A stretch of 64,000 nt of DNA, taken from positions 7,113 through 71,112 of IMG/VR virus record IMGVR_UViG_3300048011_000285, one strand, 5' to 3'. Below the pieces are notes generated by a model. The model ran no database searches, had not been told where the DNA came from, and saw only the letters and a list, made by a program, of their open reading frames with translations. The position numbers were made by a program, and so were the translations under genes. This document shows positions 9,829 to 19,342 of the stretch, piece by piece. Origin of the DNA: a virus (lineage: Duplodnaviria; Caudoviricetes). The first letter of the stretch is position 1. Each line of letters opens with the position of its first letter.

Positions 9829-10339
9829 AGAAATTCAAGCGATGGTTAGGGTAGTACCTGATCATCCACAACCAGGTATTATGTATCAGGACATGGCTAG
9901 TATCTTTAATCATCCTTCAGGATTGACTAAAGTTATTCAAGCATTTCAAGAACAGAATATCATCTACGACAGAATCGTGGGATTAGACGCACGTGGCTTT
10001 CCAATGGCTGGTGCGCTAAGTGCTATTACAGGCAAACCGTTTGTTATGGCACGTAAGAAAGGTAAACTTCCGGGTGAGACTATCTCAACGGAATACGAAT
10101 TAGAATACGGAACAGACGAACTACACCTTCAAACTGACTCAGTGTTAGACGATGACCGTGTTCTAATAATTGATGATGTTATTGCAACTGGTGGGACACT
10201 ACTAGCGGCTACATCATTGATAGAACGAATGAATGGTAACATAGTTGGTATTCATTCGATTATGGACTTGACTTTTTTAGGCGGGTCTGATAAACTGAGA
10301 GCTAAGGGATATCCCGTGTTCTCAATACTAAGTGAATAA
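9815..10339 (+). CDS. apt: Adenine phosphoribosyltransferase
   Basis: PDHPQPGI, LDARGF, ARKKGKLPG, YELEYG, IIDDVIATGGT. Confidence 0.93.
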   Translation: MTLSEEIQAMVRVVPDHPQPGIMYQDMASIFNHPSGLTKVIQAFQEQNIIYDRIVGLDARGFPMAGALSAITGKPFVMARKKGKLPGETISTEYELEYGTDELHLQTDSVLDDDRVLIIDDVIATGGTLLAATSLIERMNGNIVGIHSIMDLTFLGGSDKLRAKGYPVFSILSE

Positions 10340-10357
10340 AATGGCAAAGGAAATTAG

Positions 10358-11425
10358 ATGCTATATCTTATAGACTTGGAGAGTGTTGAATCTCGCTATA
10401 CTAAGCAGTGGAAAACACATCTCCCCACATTGTTACAAAGTAACGGGATTGATGTTACTGTGATTGACGGTCCAACCGACATTCCAGAAGCCACTACACC
10501 CGGTGCTTTTCTTAACTTTGGTGGAACGAACATCTATAAGAGCGCACAATTAGAGAAGATTGCAAAACTTATCTGTGATGGCGAAGTCAAAGATGGGGAT
10601 TACTTTCTTTATACTGATGCGTGGAATCCCACTGTTATCCAGCTGAAATATATGGCAGAATTGCTTGGGATAAAAATCCGAATCGGTGGTTTGTGGCATG
10701 CTGGTAGCTACGATCCACAAGATTTCCTAGGACGTTTAATTGGTAATGCTTCATGGGTTCGTAAAGCGGAAATGAGTATGTACGATTGTTATGATGATAA
10801 CTTTTTTGCTACTAAGTTCCATATTGATTTGTTTACAAATACATTTTGGGACGATGACCGTGATATCGACAGGCAACTACTTCACTCTATTAGACAAGTG
10901 GGTTGGCCTATGGAATACATTGAAGAGGATCTCAGAGAGTATAAGAGTATGGCGAAAGAGGACATCATAGTATTCCCACATCGTATTGCTCCTGAGAAAC
11001 AGCCAGAAGTCTTTGACTATATTGCTGAACAGATGCCAGAGTATCAGTTCATTAAATGTCAAGAATTAAACTTAACAAAGCCAGAATATCACGCTTTGCT
11101 CGGAAGAGCGAAATTAGTGTTTAGTGCTAACTTGCAAGAAACTCTAGGCATTTCTGTCTATGAAGGATTGCAAGTTGGTGCTATCCCTATGGTTCCAGAT
11201 AGTCTCTCGTACAGTGAAATGTGGAGTGATCAATTCAAGTATCCAAGTGAATGGACTTCTTCATTAGATGCAACAAAGAAAAACATTGAAAATATTAAAG
11301 CATATATTCATATGCAAATGTCAAAGAATAGTGACCTAACTTGGACAATGAATGAAGAACTACGTAATGTAGAAAAGTTCTATTCGGGAAATAAACTAGT
11401 AACATATCTTAAAGAAAACACATGA
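10358..11425 (+). CDS. Glycosyltransferase (GT-B / GT4-like)
   Basis: FPHRIAPEK and QETLGISVYEG (E-x7-E) motifs, VPDSLSYSEM. Confidence 0.75.
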   Translation: MLYLIDLESVESRYTKQWKTHLPTLLQSNGIDVTVIDGPTDIPEATTPGAFLNFGGTNIYKSAQLEKIAKLICDGEVKDGDYFLYTDAWNPTVIQLKYMAELLGIKIRIGGLWHAGSYDPQDFLGRLIGNASWVRKAEMSMYDCYDDNFFATKFHIDLFTNTFWDDDRDIDRQLLHSIRQVGWPMEYIEEDLREYKSMAKEDIIVFPHRIAPEKQPEVFDYIAEQMPEYQFIKCQELNLTKPEYHALLGRAKLVFSANLQETLGISVYEGLQVGAIPMVPDSLSYSEMWSDQFKYPSEWTSSLDATKKNIENIKAYIHMQMSKNSDLTWTMNEELRNVEKFYSGNKLVTYLKENT

Positions 11426-11481
11426 TAAATACATATGATAGAGAGTATCCCAGCTTTCTATCATATTTTGGGAGACATAAT

Positions 11482-11784
11482 ATGGCTCGTTACAGAGGTA
11501 TGATTACTAACAATATTAAGTTTGATGCAACAATCAAGGTTCGCCGTTCTATTGACTTGCGCGAATTATCAGACTTTGGTTCAATAACAGATGCAGCACG
11601 AGATTTACCAACAGCAGGTGCAACACATCGCAGATCAACGGGTAGTTCAACTTCAGCGACTCGCGGATATGCAGACTTGCGTGGTATTCATAGTGAAGTA
11701 GTAGTTGATCGCCAAGATATGGGTTTAATTGCTGATACAGCAAGAGACACATTAGGCTATAATGATGAACCTTATCTACACTAA
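11482..11784 (+). CDS. Hypothetical protein, possibly late-expressed
   Basis: GGAG RBS before ATG 11482; GATAAATA at 11424; recurring DxGxI-like motifs. Confidence 0.55.
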   Translation: MARYRGMITNNIKFDATIKVRRSIDLRELSDFGSITDAARDLPTAGATHRRSTGSSTSATRGYADLRGIHSEVVVDRQDMGLIADTARDTLGYNDEPYLH

Positions 11785-11802
11785 TATTTTTTAAATAAAG
11801 TA

Positions 11803-11847
11803 TTGACAATTTAACCCACTTGTAGTATTATATATTATGAGTGGGTT
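11803..11847 (+). promoter_or_regulatory. Sigma70-type promoter with inverted repeat flanking the -10 box
   Basis: TTGACA-17-TATTAT; AACCCACT (11813-20) / AGTGGGTT (11840-47). Confidence 0.6.
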
Positions 11848-11885
11848 TACCATATACACATCTAAAATAAAGGAACATAGTATAA

Positions 11886-12572
11886 ATGACAAAGACTTCC
11901 GAAATAAAGGAACGCTTGATTGAAAATAATATCAGGCATTGGGCAGGTGACAATATTAGTCAAGTCCTACAGCCCGGCGATAAAGACATTCTAATAGATG
12001 AAGCAACAGATGCATTCGAAAATGTACTTGATGCACTTATTATTGATCGTGAAAACGATCCTAACTCGCAAGGCACAGCAAAGCGTTTAGCTAAAATGTA
12101 TTTCAATGAGATTATGGCAGGACGTTATGATACAGCACCTAGCGCAACAGCGTTTCCTAACGACAACGGACATACTTATAAAGGTATGTTGGTAGTTCGT
12201 TCTGAACTTAAATCAATGTGTTCGCATCATCATCAGCCTGTTGCTGGGATTGCATACATAGGTATCATTCCCGGTGAGAAAGTTATTGGACTTTCAAAGT
12301 ATACTCGTATTGCACAATGGTGCGCAAGACGTGGTACACTACAAGAAGAACTGTGCAATGATATCATGCGTGAGATTATAAAGGCAACTGATAGTGAACA
12401 CGTAGGTGTTTACATTCAAGCAACACATGGCTGTTGTGAGAATCGTGGCATTATGGCGCATAGTAGCTTAACACAGACTACAGTTCTTAATGGTGGGTTC
12501 TTAGATGATCCTAGTGTTAAGAAAGAATTCTTCGACAATATCAAACTACAACAGGAGTTTGCTCCACGATGA
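11886..12572 (+). CDS. folE: GTP cyclohydrolase I
   Basis: SMCSHH, GLSKYTR, LQEEL and HGCCENRG motifs. Confidence 0.95.
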   Translation: MTKTSEIKERLIENNIRHWAGDNISQVLQPGDKDILIDEATDAFENVLDALIIDRENDPNSQGTAKRLAKMYFNEIMAGRYDTAPSATAFPNDNGHTYKGMLVVRSELKSMCSHHHQPVAGIAYIGIIPGEKVIGLSKYTRIAQWCARRGTLQEELCNDIMREIIKATDSEHVGVYIQATHGCCENRGIMAHSSLTQTTVLNGGFLDDPSVKKEFFDNIKLQQEFAPR

Positions 12573-13507
12573 TAGAAGCACCAGTTTTTGAAAAGGGATA
12601 TCCGTCACATGAGGCAGTTAACAGAAAGCCAGCTATGAAACTAAGATATTCAGAAGCGTTCTATTCATTACAGGGCGAAGGAAAATTCGTAGGGGTACCT
12701 AGTGTATTCTTACGAACCTTTGGTTGTAATTTACGTTGTCAAAATTTCGGACTAAATAAAGATAGAGAGAAATCAAGGTATAATCCTGAGGTTGAACAAC
12801 TTATTAAGGATGGGGTACATGAGACTGCAAAACGATTTGAAGACTTACCTATTATACACACAGGATGCGACACATATGCTAGTATCTATCCTGAGTTCAA
12901 GCATCTAGTTCACGATTCTACAATCGATGAAGTAGTAGAACATTTGCTATCTCTTACTCCACAGGGCAAATGGACACAAGACGATGGACAAGACATTCAT
13001 TTAATTTTAACAGGTGGCGAACCGTTGTTGGCGTGGCAACGACTATACGTTGAACTTTTTGAGCATCCACGAATGCAGGATTTAAAGAATGTTACATTTG
13101 AAACAAACACTACACAACATCTACATGACGATTTCTACAACTATCTCAACAACCACGACGACCTTACAGTCACTTGGAGTTGCTCCCCAAAACTTAGTGT
13201 TTCAGGAGAACGTTGGGAAGATGCTATTAAACCTGATGTTGCTAGTGAGTACCAGTGTGTTACTGATAGCGACATGTATCTCAAGTTTGTTGTCGCTAGC
13301 CAAGATGATTTTGCAGAAGTCGAAAAAGCTGTTAGTGCTTATCAAGATGCCGGGGTACAATGTCCAGTATATCTTATGCCGCTGGGCGGACGCAGTGAAG
13401 AATATGCTCTCAACGTTAAAGACGTGGCGGAAGCCTGCATGGCGAGAGGATGGCGATTTACACCAAGACTACACATTTCACTCTTCGGAAATGCCTGGGG
13501 AACTTAG
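12569..13507 (+). CDS. queE: 7-carboxy-7-deazaguanine synthase (radical SAM)
   Basis: EAFYSLQGEG, FLRTFGCNLRC, CDT, TGGEP, SPKL, RLHI. Confidence 0.9.
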   Translation: MIEAPVFEKGYPSHEAVNRKPAMKLRYSEAFYSLQGEGKFVGVPSVFLRTFGCNLRCQNFGLNKDREKSRYNPEVEQLIKDGVHETAKRFEDLPIIHTGCDTYASIYPEFKHLVHDSTIDEVVEHLLSLTPQGKWTQDDGQDIHLILTGGEPLLAWQRLYVELFEHPRMQDLKNVTFETNTTQHLHDDFYNYLNNHDDLTVTWSCSPKLSVSGERWEDAIKPDVASEYQCVTDSDMYLKFVVASQDDFAEVEKAVSAYQDAGVQCPVYLMPLGGRSEEYALNVKDVAEACMARGWRFTPRLHISLFGNAWGT

Positions 13508-13573
13508 GCAAAATGAACAACTACGTAGAGCTATGGAAGCTCCAATAGACTATGAAAAGATAAGGAAACGATT

Positions 13574-13756
13574 GTGAAAGATCCAAAAGTAGCAAAATTA
13601 GTCAAGGAATTAGACGACCATATAAAGTCCATTAATAAATTGAATGTAGCTCTTCATAAACAAGGAGTCACATATCGTATTGAAGATGGACATAATGTTG
13701 AAACAGGCGCAAAGATTGTATCTATTCAATATCTTAGACAAACTATTGAATATTAA
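13574..13756 (+). CDS. Hypothetical protein
   Basis: 60 aa ORF in operon, AGGA RBS. Confidence 0.55.
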   Translation: MKDPKVAKLVKELDDHIKSINKLNVALHKQGVTYRIEDGHNVETGAKIVSIQYLRQTIEY

Positions 13757-13770
13757 TAAAGGAAACCACT

Positions 13771-14859
13771 ATGAATCAAAACTATATTTTTACGAGCGAA
13801 AGTGTTAGCGCAGGACATCCAGATAAGGTTGCAGACCAAATCAGTGATGCTCTAGTTGATGCCGGGTTCAAAGCAGGCGATGAAACGACTCGTGTTGCTG
13901 TCGAAACACTTGTAACTACCAATCATGTAACATTGGCGGGCGAAGTAAAAAACTTTAACGTAAGCAAAGATGAAGTTAAAAAAATCGTGCGAAATAAAGT
14001 TAAAGAAATTGGTTATGAGCAAGAAGGGTTTCATTGGGATAATCTAAACATCTATAATGAACTACATGAACAAAGTGCAGACATTGCACTTGGTACAGAT
14101 GATTTTGGTGCAGGGGATCAAGGTATCATGTTTGGCTATGCATGTAATGACAACGATGCATACTTGCCAGCGCCTATTTACTATGCACATGAAGTTCTTA
14201 AAGAACTTAAAAGTCAAAGACAACATGTATTAGGCCCAGATGCTAAATCACAAGTAAGTGTGCAGTATGATGGTGGGCGTGTACAGCGTATCGACCAAGT
14301 TGTTATTTCAACACAACACGGCGAAGGACAAGTAGAGCAAGCAAGAAATATTAGTAAACTTGCTGCAATGAATGTATTAGGAGACTTAGTTGATGAAGAT
14401 ACTGTATGGCATCTTAATCCCACTGGTAATTTTGTTATTGGCGGGCCTGATGGTGACGCTGGTGTTACTGGACGTAAGATTATCGTTGATACTTATGGGG
14501 GCTTTGCTCCCCACGGCGGCGGCGCTTTTAGTGGCAAGGATCCGACAAAAGTAGATCGTAGTGCTGCATATATGGCACGTTGGTTAGCAAAGAACGTAGT
14601 GGCAGATGAAATGGCAGACTGGTGCAATATTCAGTTATCATACGCTATTGGTGTTAAGCAACCAACAAGTATCTATGTAGAATCCAATGGATACAGCAAG
14701 AGCATCGAAAAGTTTATTCGTGAGAATATCGATTTGAGTCCAAAAGGAATCATTGATCGTTTCGATATGTTTAATTTTTATAACTACAGTGAGAACTGTG
14801 TATATGGTCACTTCGGAGATAAAGATGTGTCATGGGAAAAGATTGGATGGGATCTATGA
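13771..14859 (+). CDS. metK: S-adenosylmethionine synthetase
   Basis: FTSESVSAGHPDK, GAGDQG, GGGAFSGKDPTKVDRS. Confidence 0.97.
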   Translation: MNQNYIFTSESVSAGHPDKVADQISDALVDAGFKAGDETTRVAVETLVTTNHVTLAGEVKNFNVSKDEVKKIVRNKVKEIGYEQEGFHWDNLNIYNELHEQSADIALGTDDFGAGDQGIMFGYACNDNDAYLPAPIYYAHEVLKELKSQRQHVLGPDAKSQVSVQYDGGRVQRIDQVVISTQHGEGQVEQARNISKLAAMNVLGDLVDEDTVWHLNPTGNFVIGGPDGDAGVTGRKIIVDTYGGFAPHGGGAFSGKDPTKVDRSAAYMARWLAKNVVADEMADWCNIQLSYAIGVKQPTSIYVESNGYSKSIEKFIRENIDLSPKGIIDRFDMFNFYNYSENCVYGHFGDKDVSWEKIGWDL

Positions 14860-15197
14860 GTTTTTATAAAACAAATGAAGAACAAGAAGTTATTTCAATT
14901 GATGAATTCGCTAACGAATGGTATGATAGAGAAGAATACATCTTTGTTGACATCAGAGAAGAAACCGAAATAGCAGAACAAGGTAGTATTAAGAATGCAT
15001 TCAATATTTCAATGTATGACATTCCAGAAAATATCGATATGGCGCCTACATACATTATATGTATTCTTGTATGTGATAATGGCGCAAGGTCAGAACAGGT
15101 TGTAAAGTACTTAAAGAACAATGACTATAATAACATGTTTGCACTAGAAGGCGGTATTGGAAAATTGTTTGAAGCACTACCGGAAGTGAAGGGATAA
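14856..15197 (+). CDS. Rhodanese-like sulfurtransferase domain protein
   Basis: VDIRE, CDNGARS active-site loop, LEGGI. Confidence 0.85.
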   Translation: MSFYKTNEEQEVISIDEFANEWYDREEYIFVDIREETEIAEQGSIKNAFNISMYDIPENIDMAPTYIICILVCDNGARSEQVVKYLKNNDYNNMFALEGGIGKLFEALPEVKG

Positions 15198-15198
15198 T

Positions 15199-15666
15199 AT
15201 GATTAATATACTAAAACCAAAGACTTGGTTTATGACTGATGAAGAAATCAAGCGCAGCGAAGCAAGACAGATCGAAAATGAAACAAAAATGGAAATGCGT
15301 TTCTCTGAAATTGATTTAGAATTTGGTCGCATTACTCAAGACGAACATGATAAAAAAGTAGCAACCTTAAGTGGTGATCCGTATGTGAAAGTTCTTAATA
15401 TCGATTTAGATGAAAATGCGCCAGGCGCTGGGTTCTTTGAATTAGATTTCAATGAACATTTTGTAGAGTATCTAGCTAATAGTGGGTACGAAGGAGTAGA
15501 ACCAGATGAAATCGTAGACAACTGGTTCAACGACTTGTGTAAAAACATTGTATTAAATGACTTAGAAGATGAAACAGGTGATCCGCGTAGCTTTGATGTA
15601 ACAAGCAAAGAAGGTTTAATCATCAATCGTCTAAAAACTAACGATAACACCGCAGAATATTCTTGA
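15199..15666 (+). CDS. Conserved phage hypothetical protein
   Basis: 155 aa acidic ORF in operon. Confidence 0.6.
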   Translation: MINILKPKTWFMTDEEIKRSEARQIENETKMEMRFSEIDLEFGRITQDEHDKKVATLSGDPYVKVLNIDLDENAPGAGFFELDFNEHFVEYLANSGYEGVEPDEIVDNWFNDLCKNIVLNDLEDETGDPRSFDVTSKEGLIINRLKTNDNTAEYS

Positions 15667-15723
15667 CATAATGTTCGTTCCGTGTTACATTAAATTCGAT
15701 AAAGTTAAATAAAGGTTACATTA

Positions 15724-16725
15724 ATGGCTACATTCATTCTAGTTGATAGTTTCAACATGTATCATCGTGCTAAACACGTTGCGATGCGTGGCGCAGATAT
15801 TGATATGAAAATCGGTATGGCATTTCACATTATGATGAACAGTGTTAAAATGTGTTATCAAAAGTTCAACGCAGACCACGCAGTGTTTTGCCTTGAGGGA
15901 CGTTCATGGCGTAAAGACTTTTATACTCCATATAAAGCACAGCGTAAAGTAGCACAACAAGCTAAGTCTATGCGTGAACAAGAAGAAGATGCAATCATGT
16001 TTGGTGCATACGATGATCTTGTTACATTCTTGCGTGAAAAGACTAACGTGACAATGCTACGCCATCAAGAGGCAGAAGCAGATGATATGATTGCTCTATT
16101 CATTGCATCACATCCCGATGATCATCATATCATTGTAAGTAGCGATAGTGACTATCAGCAACTTATCTGCGATAACGTAACTATCTATGATGGGGTTCAG
16201 AACCGTATCATTACTAAAGATGGCTTCTTTAAAGATGATAAGAACATGACTCCAATCAAAGACAAAAAGACTAAAGAAGTGATGGGTGCTCCCGATCCTG
16301 AATGGTTATTGTTTGAGAAGTGTATCCGTGGAGATACAAGTGATAACATCTTTAGTGCATATCCTGGTTGTCGTAAGAAAGGCACTAAGAATAAAGTAGG
16401 CATGATTGAAGCATTTGAAGATCGTGATACAGGCGGGTTTAGTTGGAATAACTTTATGCTACAGCGTTGGACAGATCACAATGGAGAAGAGCATGTAGTT
16501 CGTGATATGTATGAGCGTAATAAGACACTAATTGACTTGACTGAACAGCCTACAGACTTGAAAGTAAAGTTCATTGAAACTATTGCAGAAGAAAGTACGC
16601 CGAAGCGTGTTAATGGCGTTGGACTTAACTTCCTTAAGTGGTGTGGGATATGGGATTTACAGAACTTAGCTAAAGCACCAGATGAAATGGCAGCTATTCT
16701 CAATAAGGCATACCCACATGCTTAA
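15724..16725 (+). CDS. 5'-3' exonuclease / T4 RNase H-like (FEN family)
   Basis: LVDSFN, WRK..Y..YK..R, EADD, SSDSDYQQL, GDTSDNI. Confidence 0.92.
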   Translation: MATFILVDSFNMYHRAKHVAMRGADIDMKIGMAFHIMMNSVKMCYQKFNADHAVFCLEGRSWRKDFYTPYKAQRKVAQQAKSMREQEEDAIMFGAYDDLVTFLREKTNVTMLRHQEAEADDMIALFIASHPDDHHIIVSSDSDYQQLICDNVTIYDGVQNRIITKDGFFKDDKNMTPIKDKKTKEVMGAPDPEWLLFEKCIRGDTSDNIFSAYPGCRKKGTKNKVGMIEAFEDRDTGGFSWNNFMLQRWTDHNGEEHVVRDMYERNKTLIDLTEQPTDLKVKFIETIAEESTPKRVNGVGLNFLKWCGIWDLQNLAKAPDEMAAILNKAYPHA

Positions 16726-17434
16726 ATATATCTTTGATGTAGATGGTACACTGACACCAAGTAGATGTGCGATTGATCCAAAGTTTCTAAGATTTATGTT
16801 AAGATTTGTAAAAGATAATCCTGTATACTTAGCAACAGGTAGTGATGCACCAAAGACTATTGAGCAAATAGGAAAAGGATTATTTAATTCTGTAGCACGT
16901 TCTTATAACTGCAATGGCAACTCTGTATGGGAGAAAGGTGTAAACGTACATAATAATCCATGGAAGATAAAAGTACCAGCGCATAAAACATTAAGATACT
17001 GGTTAGATAACACACAATTTCCACATCTTACTGGTACTCATATTGAAGAACGTCCAGGTATGGTTAACTTCTCAATCGTAGGACGGGGTGCCAATACTGA
17101 ACAACGTGCAGAGTATGTAAAGTGGGATAAAGAATACAATGAACGTGAAAACATGGCATTGTATATCAATTATAACGATGATGAATTTAAGGATGTAACT
17201 GCAACTGTAGGAGGCGAGACTGGCATTGACATTGCTCCTACTGGATCAGACAAGAGCCAAATACTTAAAGATTTTACAAAGTCCGATATAGTTATATTCT
17301 TCGGTGATGCTATCTTTGATGGCGGAAATGATTATACACTAGCACAAGCAATTAAGAAAAAAGGTGTAGGTAGAGTCCATAAAGTATCTGATTGGGAAGA
17401 AACTTACAAAATATTGACCGATGTATACAGTTGA
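16718..17434 (+). CDS. HAD-superfamily phosphomannomutase-like enzyme
   Basis: FDVDGTLT, ATGS, IEERPGMVNFSIVGR, FFGD..GGND. Confidence 0.85.
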   Translation: MLKYIFDVDGTLTPSRCAIDPKFLRFMLRFVKDNPVYLATGSDAPKTIEQIGKGLFNSVARSYNCNGNSVWEKGVNVHNNPWKIKVPAHKTLRYWLDNTQFPHLTGTHIEERPGMVNFSIVGRGANTEQRAEYVKWDKEYNERENMALYINYNDDEFKDVTATVGGETGIDIAPTGSDKSQILKDFTKSDIVIFFGDAIFDGGNDYTLAQAIKKKGVGRVHKVSDWEETYKILTDVYS

Positions 17435-17915
17435 AATTGTAAAAGATAGATTTTGGATTGTAGAAGACGCAGGAATAAAACTTGGTCTTATCCGTAAGAC
17501 CCAGTCTTCTGACTTTGAAGTTATCATGCAGGATGCTCTAGCTATAGAAACTCTACCATTCGATGCTCTTACTTCAAAGTACGGAAGTAAAATTCTTGAA
17601 TCTAAGCAAGTAAAGAAAATAGAAAGTGTAGAGTACGGAAAAGACTTAGATGATGTAGATGGAGTTCCTATCAAACATCACGGCCATAATAAGCAATGGA
17701 TACAAATATCTGATAAGTCAGTACCAGTATATACTAAAACTGAGAATTCAAAGGTGATGTATGCTGCTGGTTATTACGGGTTAAAGTTCCCTGGAGCTGG
17801 ATGGAAGAACGTATATTGTGTTAAAGCAGAAACATTGAACAACTATGAGTTTATTGGTCCATTCAATTCTAAAACACAATTAGAAGCAGAGATACATCGT
17901 AATAATGTACAGTAA
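17421..17915 (+). CDS. Conserved phage hypothetical protein
   Basis: 164 aa ORF overlapping neighbours in operon. Confidence 0.6.
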   Translation: MYTVEIVKDRFWIVEDAGIKLGLIRKTQSSDFEVIMQDALAIETLPFDALTSKYGSKILESKQVKKIESVEYGKDLDDVDGVPIKHHGHNKQWIQISDKSVPVYTKTENSKVMYAAGYYGLKFPGAGWKNVYCVKAETLNNYEFIGPFNSKTQLEAEIHRNNVQ

Positions 17916-18090
17916 TATAAAAAAATTCATAGCAATTGTCAATCGTGCATCATTAAAAGATGAAAAGCATGTGCGTATGACGACCGCTGACGCGACTAAA
18001 CTGAATACTGAGATTAGTTTATTGTTGCTAGAACTAAAAGAACATGAGCGGCCTGCTCGTATAACAACATTAGACGGAGGAAAATTCTAA
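17905..18090 (+). CDS. Hypothetical protein
   Basis: 61 aa, ends LDGGKF. Confidence 0.55.
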   Translation: MYSNIKKFIAIVNRASLKDEKHVRMTTADATKLNTEISLLLLELKEHERPARITTLDGGKF

Positions 18091-18410
18091 TGCCAGATTT
18101 TAACGCAGTAATGATTATTGGACACTTTGTAGTAAGTGTATTCAATGTACCACTAGGACAACCATTGTATCAGTTCGTACCATTTCCAAATATGGAAATC
18201 TGTCAGGAACACGTACAATATCAAGTTACACCACAAACAGGACATCAAATGAGTCTTGAATATAAAATGTACAAAAATGCACAGTGTGTAACACGCGAAG
18301 AGTTTGAAGCGCAGATGAATGCTCAGAGACAACAGCAAGCTCCTGTTGCTCCACAAGATACGTTGCCTGATACAACTCCAATCATTCCAAAAGGCTGGGA
18401 GCAGAAGTAA
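18090..18410 (+). CDS. Hypothetical protein
   Basis: GGAGG RBS, TAATG coupling, hydrophobic N-terminus. Confidence 0.55.
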   Translation: MPDFNAVMIIGHFVVSVFNVPLGQPLYQFVPFPNMEICQEHVQYQVTPQTGHQMSLEYKMYKNAQCVTREEFEAQMNAQRQQQAPVAPQDTLPDTTPIIPKGWEQK

Positions 18411-18454
18411 AAGATAAATACTAGGTAATAATAAATTATTTAGGAAACTAGTAC

Positions 18455-19318
18455 ATGTCATTTTTAAAAAAAGCAGTAAACTTTATCACAGACGTAATTA
18501 AATCAACATGGATTTATACAAAACTAGAATACATCATCAAACGACCACTCTTATTAATTCTAGTACTACTAGTCTTGGGACTTTCTTATAATCAGGGAAA
18601 TATATATTATGAGCAATATGCTGCAGAATACAAGCGTTTAAATTCTGAAAAGGAAAAAGATGCAGATGATACGTCTGATAATCTGGTATTCAAAAAAGTA
18701 GACGACTTTTTATATACATTGACAGGTTCAGTTGGAGAAGGCGACTGTGATAGAATTTCACCGTTGATGCCTTCAGATTTTACTCTTATTTTAGAAAGCC
18801 CAGGCGGCAATCTAGCAGAAGGATCGTGTCTTGCGGCTCACATTAAATTAAGAAATGTTGTTACTGTTGTTCGTAATACTCCAGTAATGAACGCAGAAGG
18901 CAAAATAATCTATGCGCCAGGCGAAGTAGGTGCAGAGTTAGAAATTGATCACCTAAAGGATAAAGTAGTATGTGCATCAGCATGTGGTTTATTATTCTTA
19001 GGTGGCGATAGACGATATCTTATTGGAGATGTTTGGTTCGGTATTCACGGTCCAGGTACTCCAGCAGAATTTATCGGCAGAATGAATCCAATGCAAGCTG
19101 AATCCGGTGCATACCGCACTGCTTCTAACTTGTTAGGATTACTAGAGCAACTGGGCGTTGAAGATCCGGAAGTTCGTAAACTATTTGTTCAGATACCAAA
19201 TCAAACAATGTATTGGTTAAAGCCAAGAGACTTTGAGATTAAACCAAATCTTATTAAACTAGCTACTAACTATGTAGATTTTTGGGATCTAACAACAGCG
19301 ACATTGGATCCAATCTAA
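18455..19318 (+). CDS. Membrane-anchored ClpP/crotonase-fold protein (COG3904-like)
   Basis: N-terminal TM helix; ESPGG, CASACGLLFLGG and GIH motifs. Confidence 0.7.
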   Translation: MSFLKKAVNFITDVIKSTWIYTKLEYIIKRPLLLILVLLVLGLSYNQGNIYYEQYAAEYKRLNSEKEKDADDTSDNLVFKKVDDFLYTLTGSVGEGDCDRISPLMPSDFTLILESPGGNLAEGSCLAAHIKLRNVVTVVRNTPVMNAEGKIIYAPGEVGAELEIDHLKDKVVCASACGLLFLGGDRRYLIGDVWFGIHGPGTPAEFIGRMNPMQAESGAYRTASNLLGLLEQLGVEDPEVRKLFVQIPNQTMYWLKPRDFEIKPNLIKLATNYVDFWDLTTATLDPI

Positions 19319-19342
19319 GTCGCTCTAACGGAGGACTAAAAT

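Noticed and set aside
11785-11885. preQ1 riboswitch upstream of folE
   Set aside because: No preQ1-I consensus or pseudoknot recognisable; region explained by a promoter
13089-13577. 162-aa alternative-frame ORF overlapping queE
   Set aside because: Mostly overlaps a well-supported gene; only a 28-aa tail (13491-13577) might be real and I cannot support it
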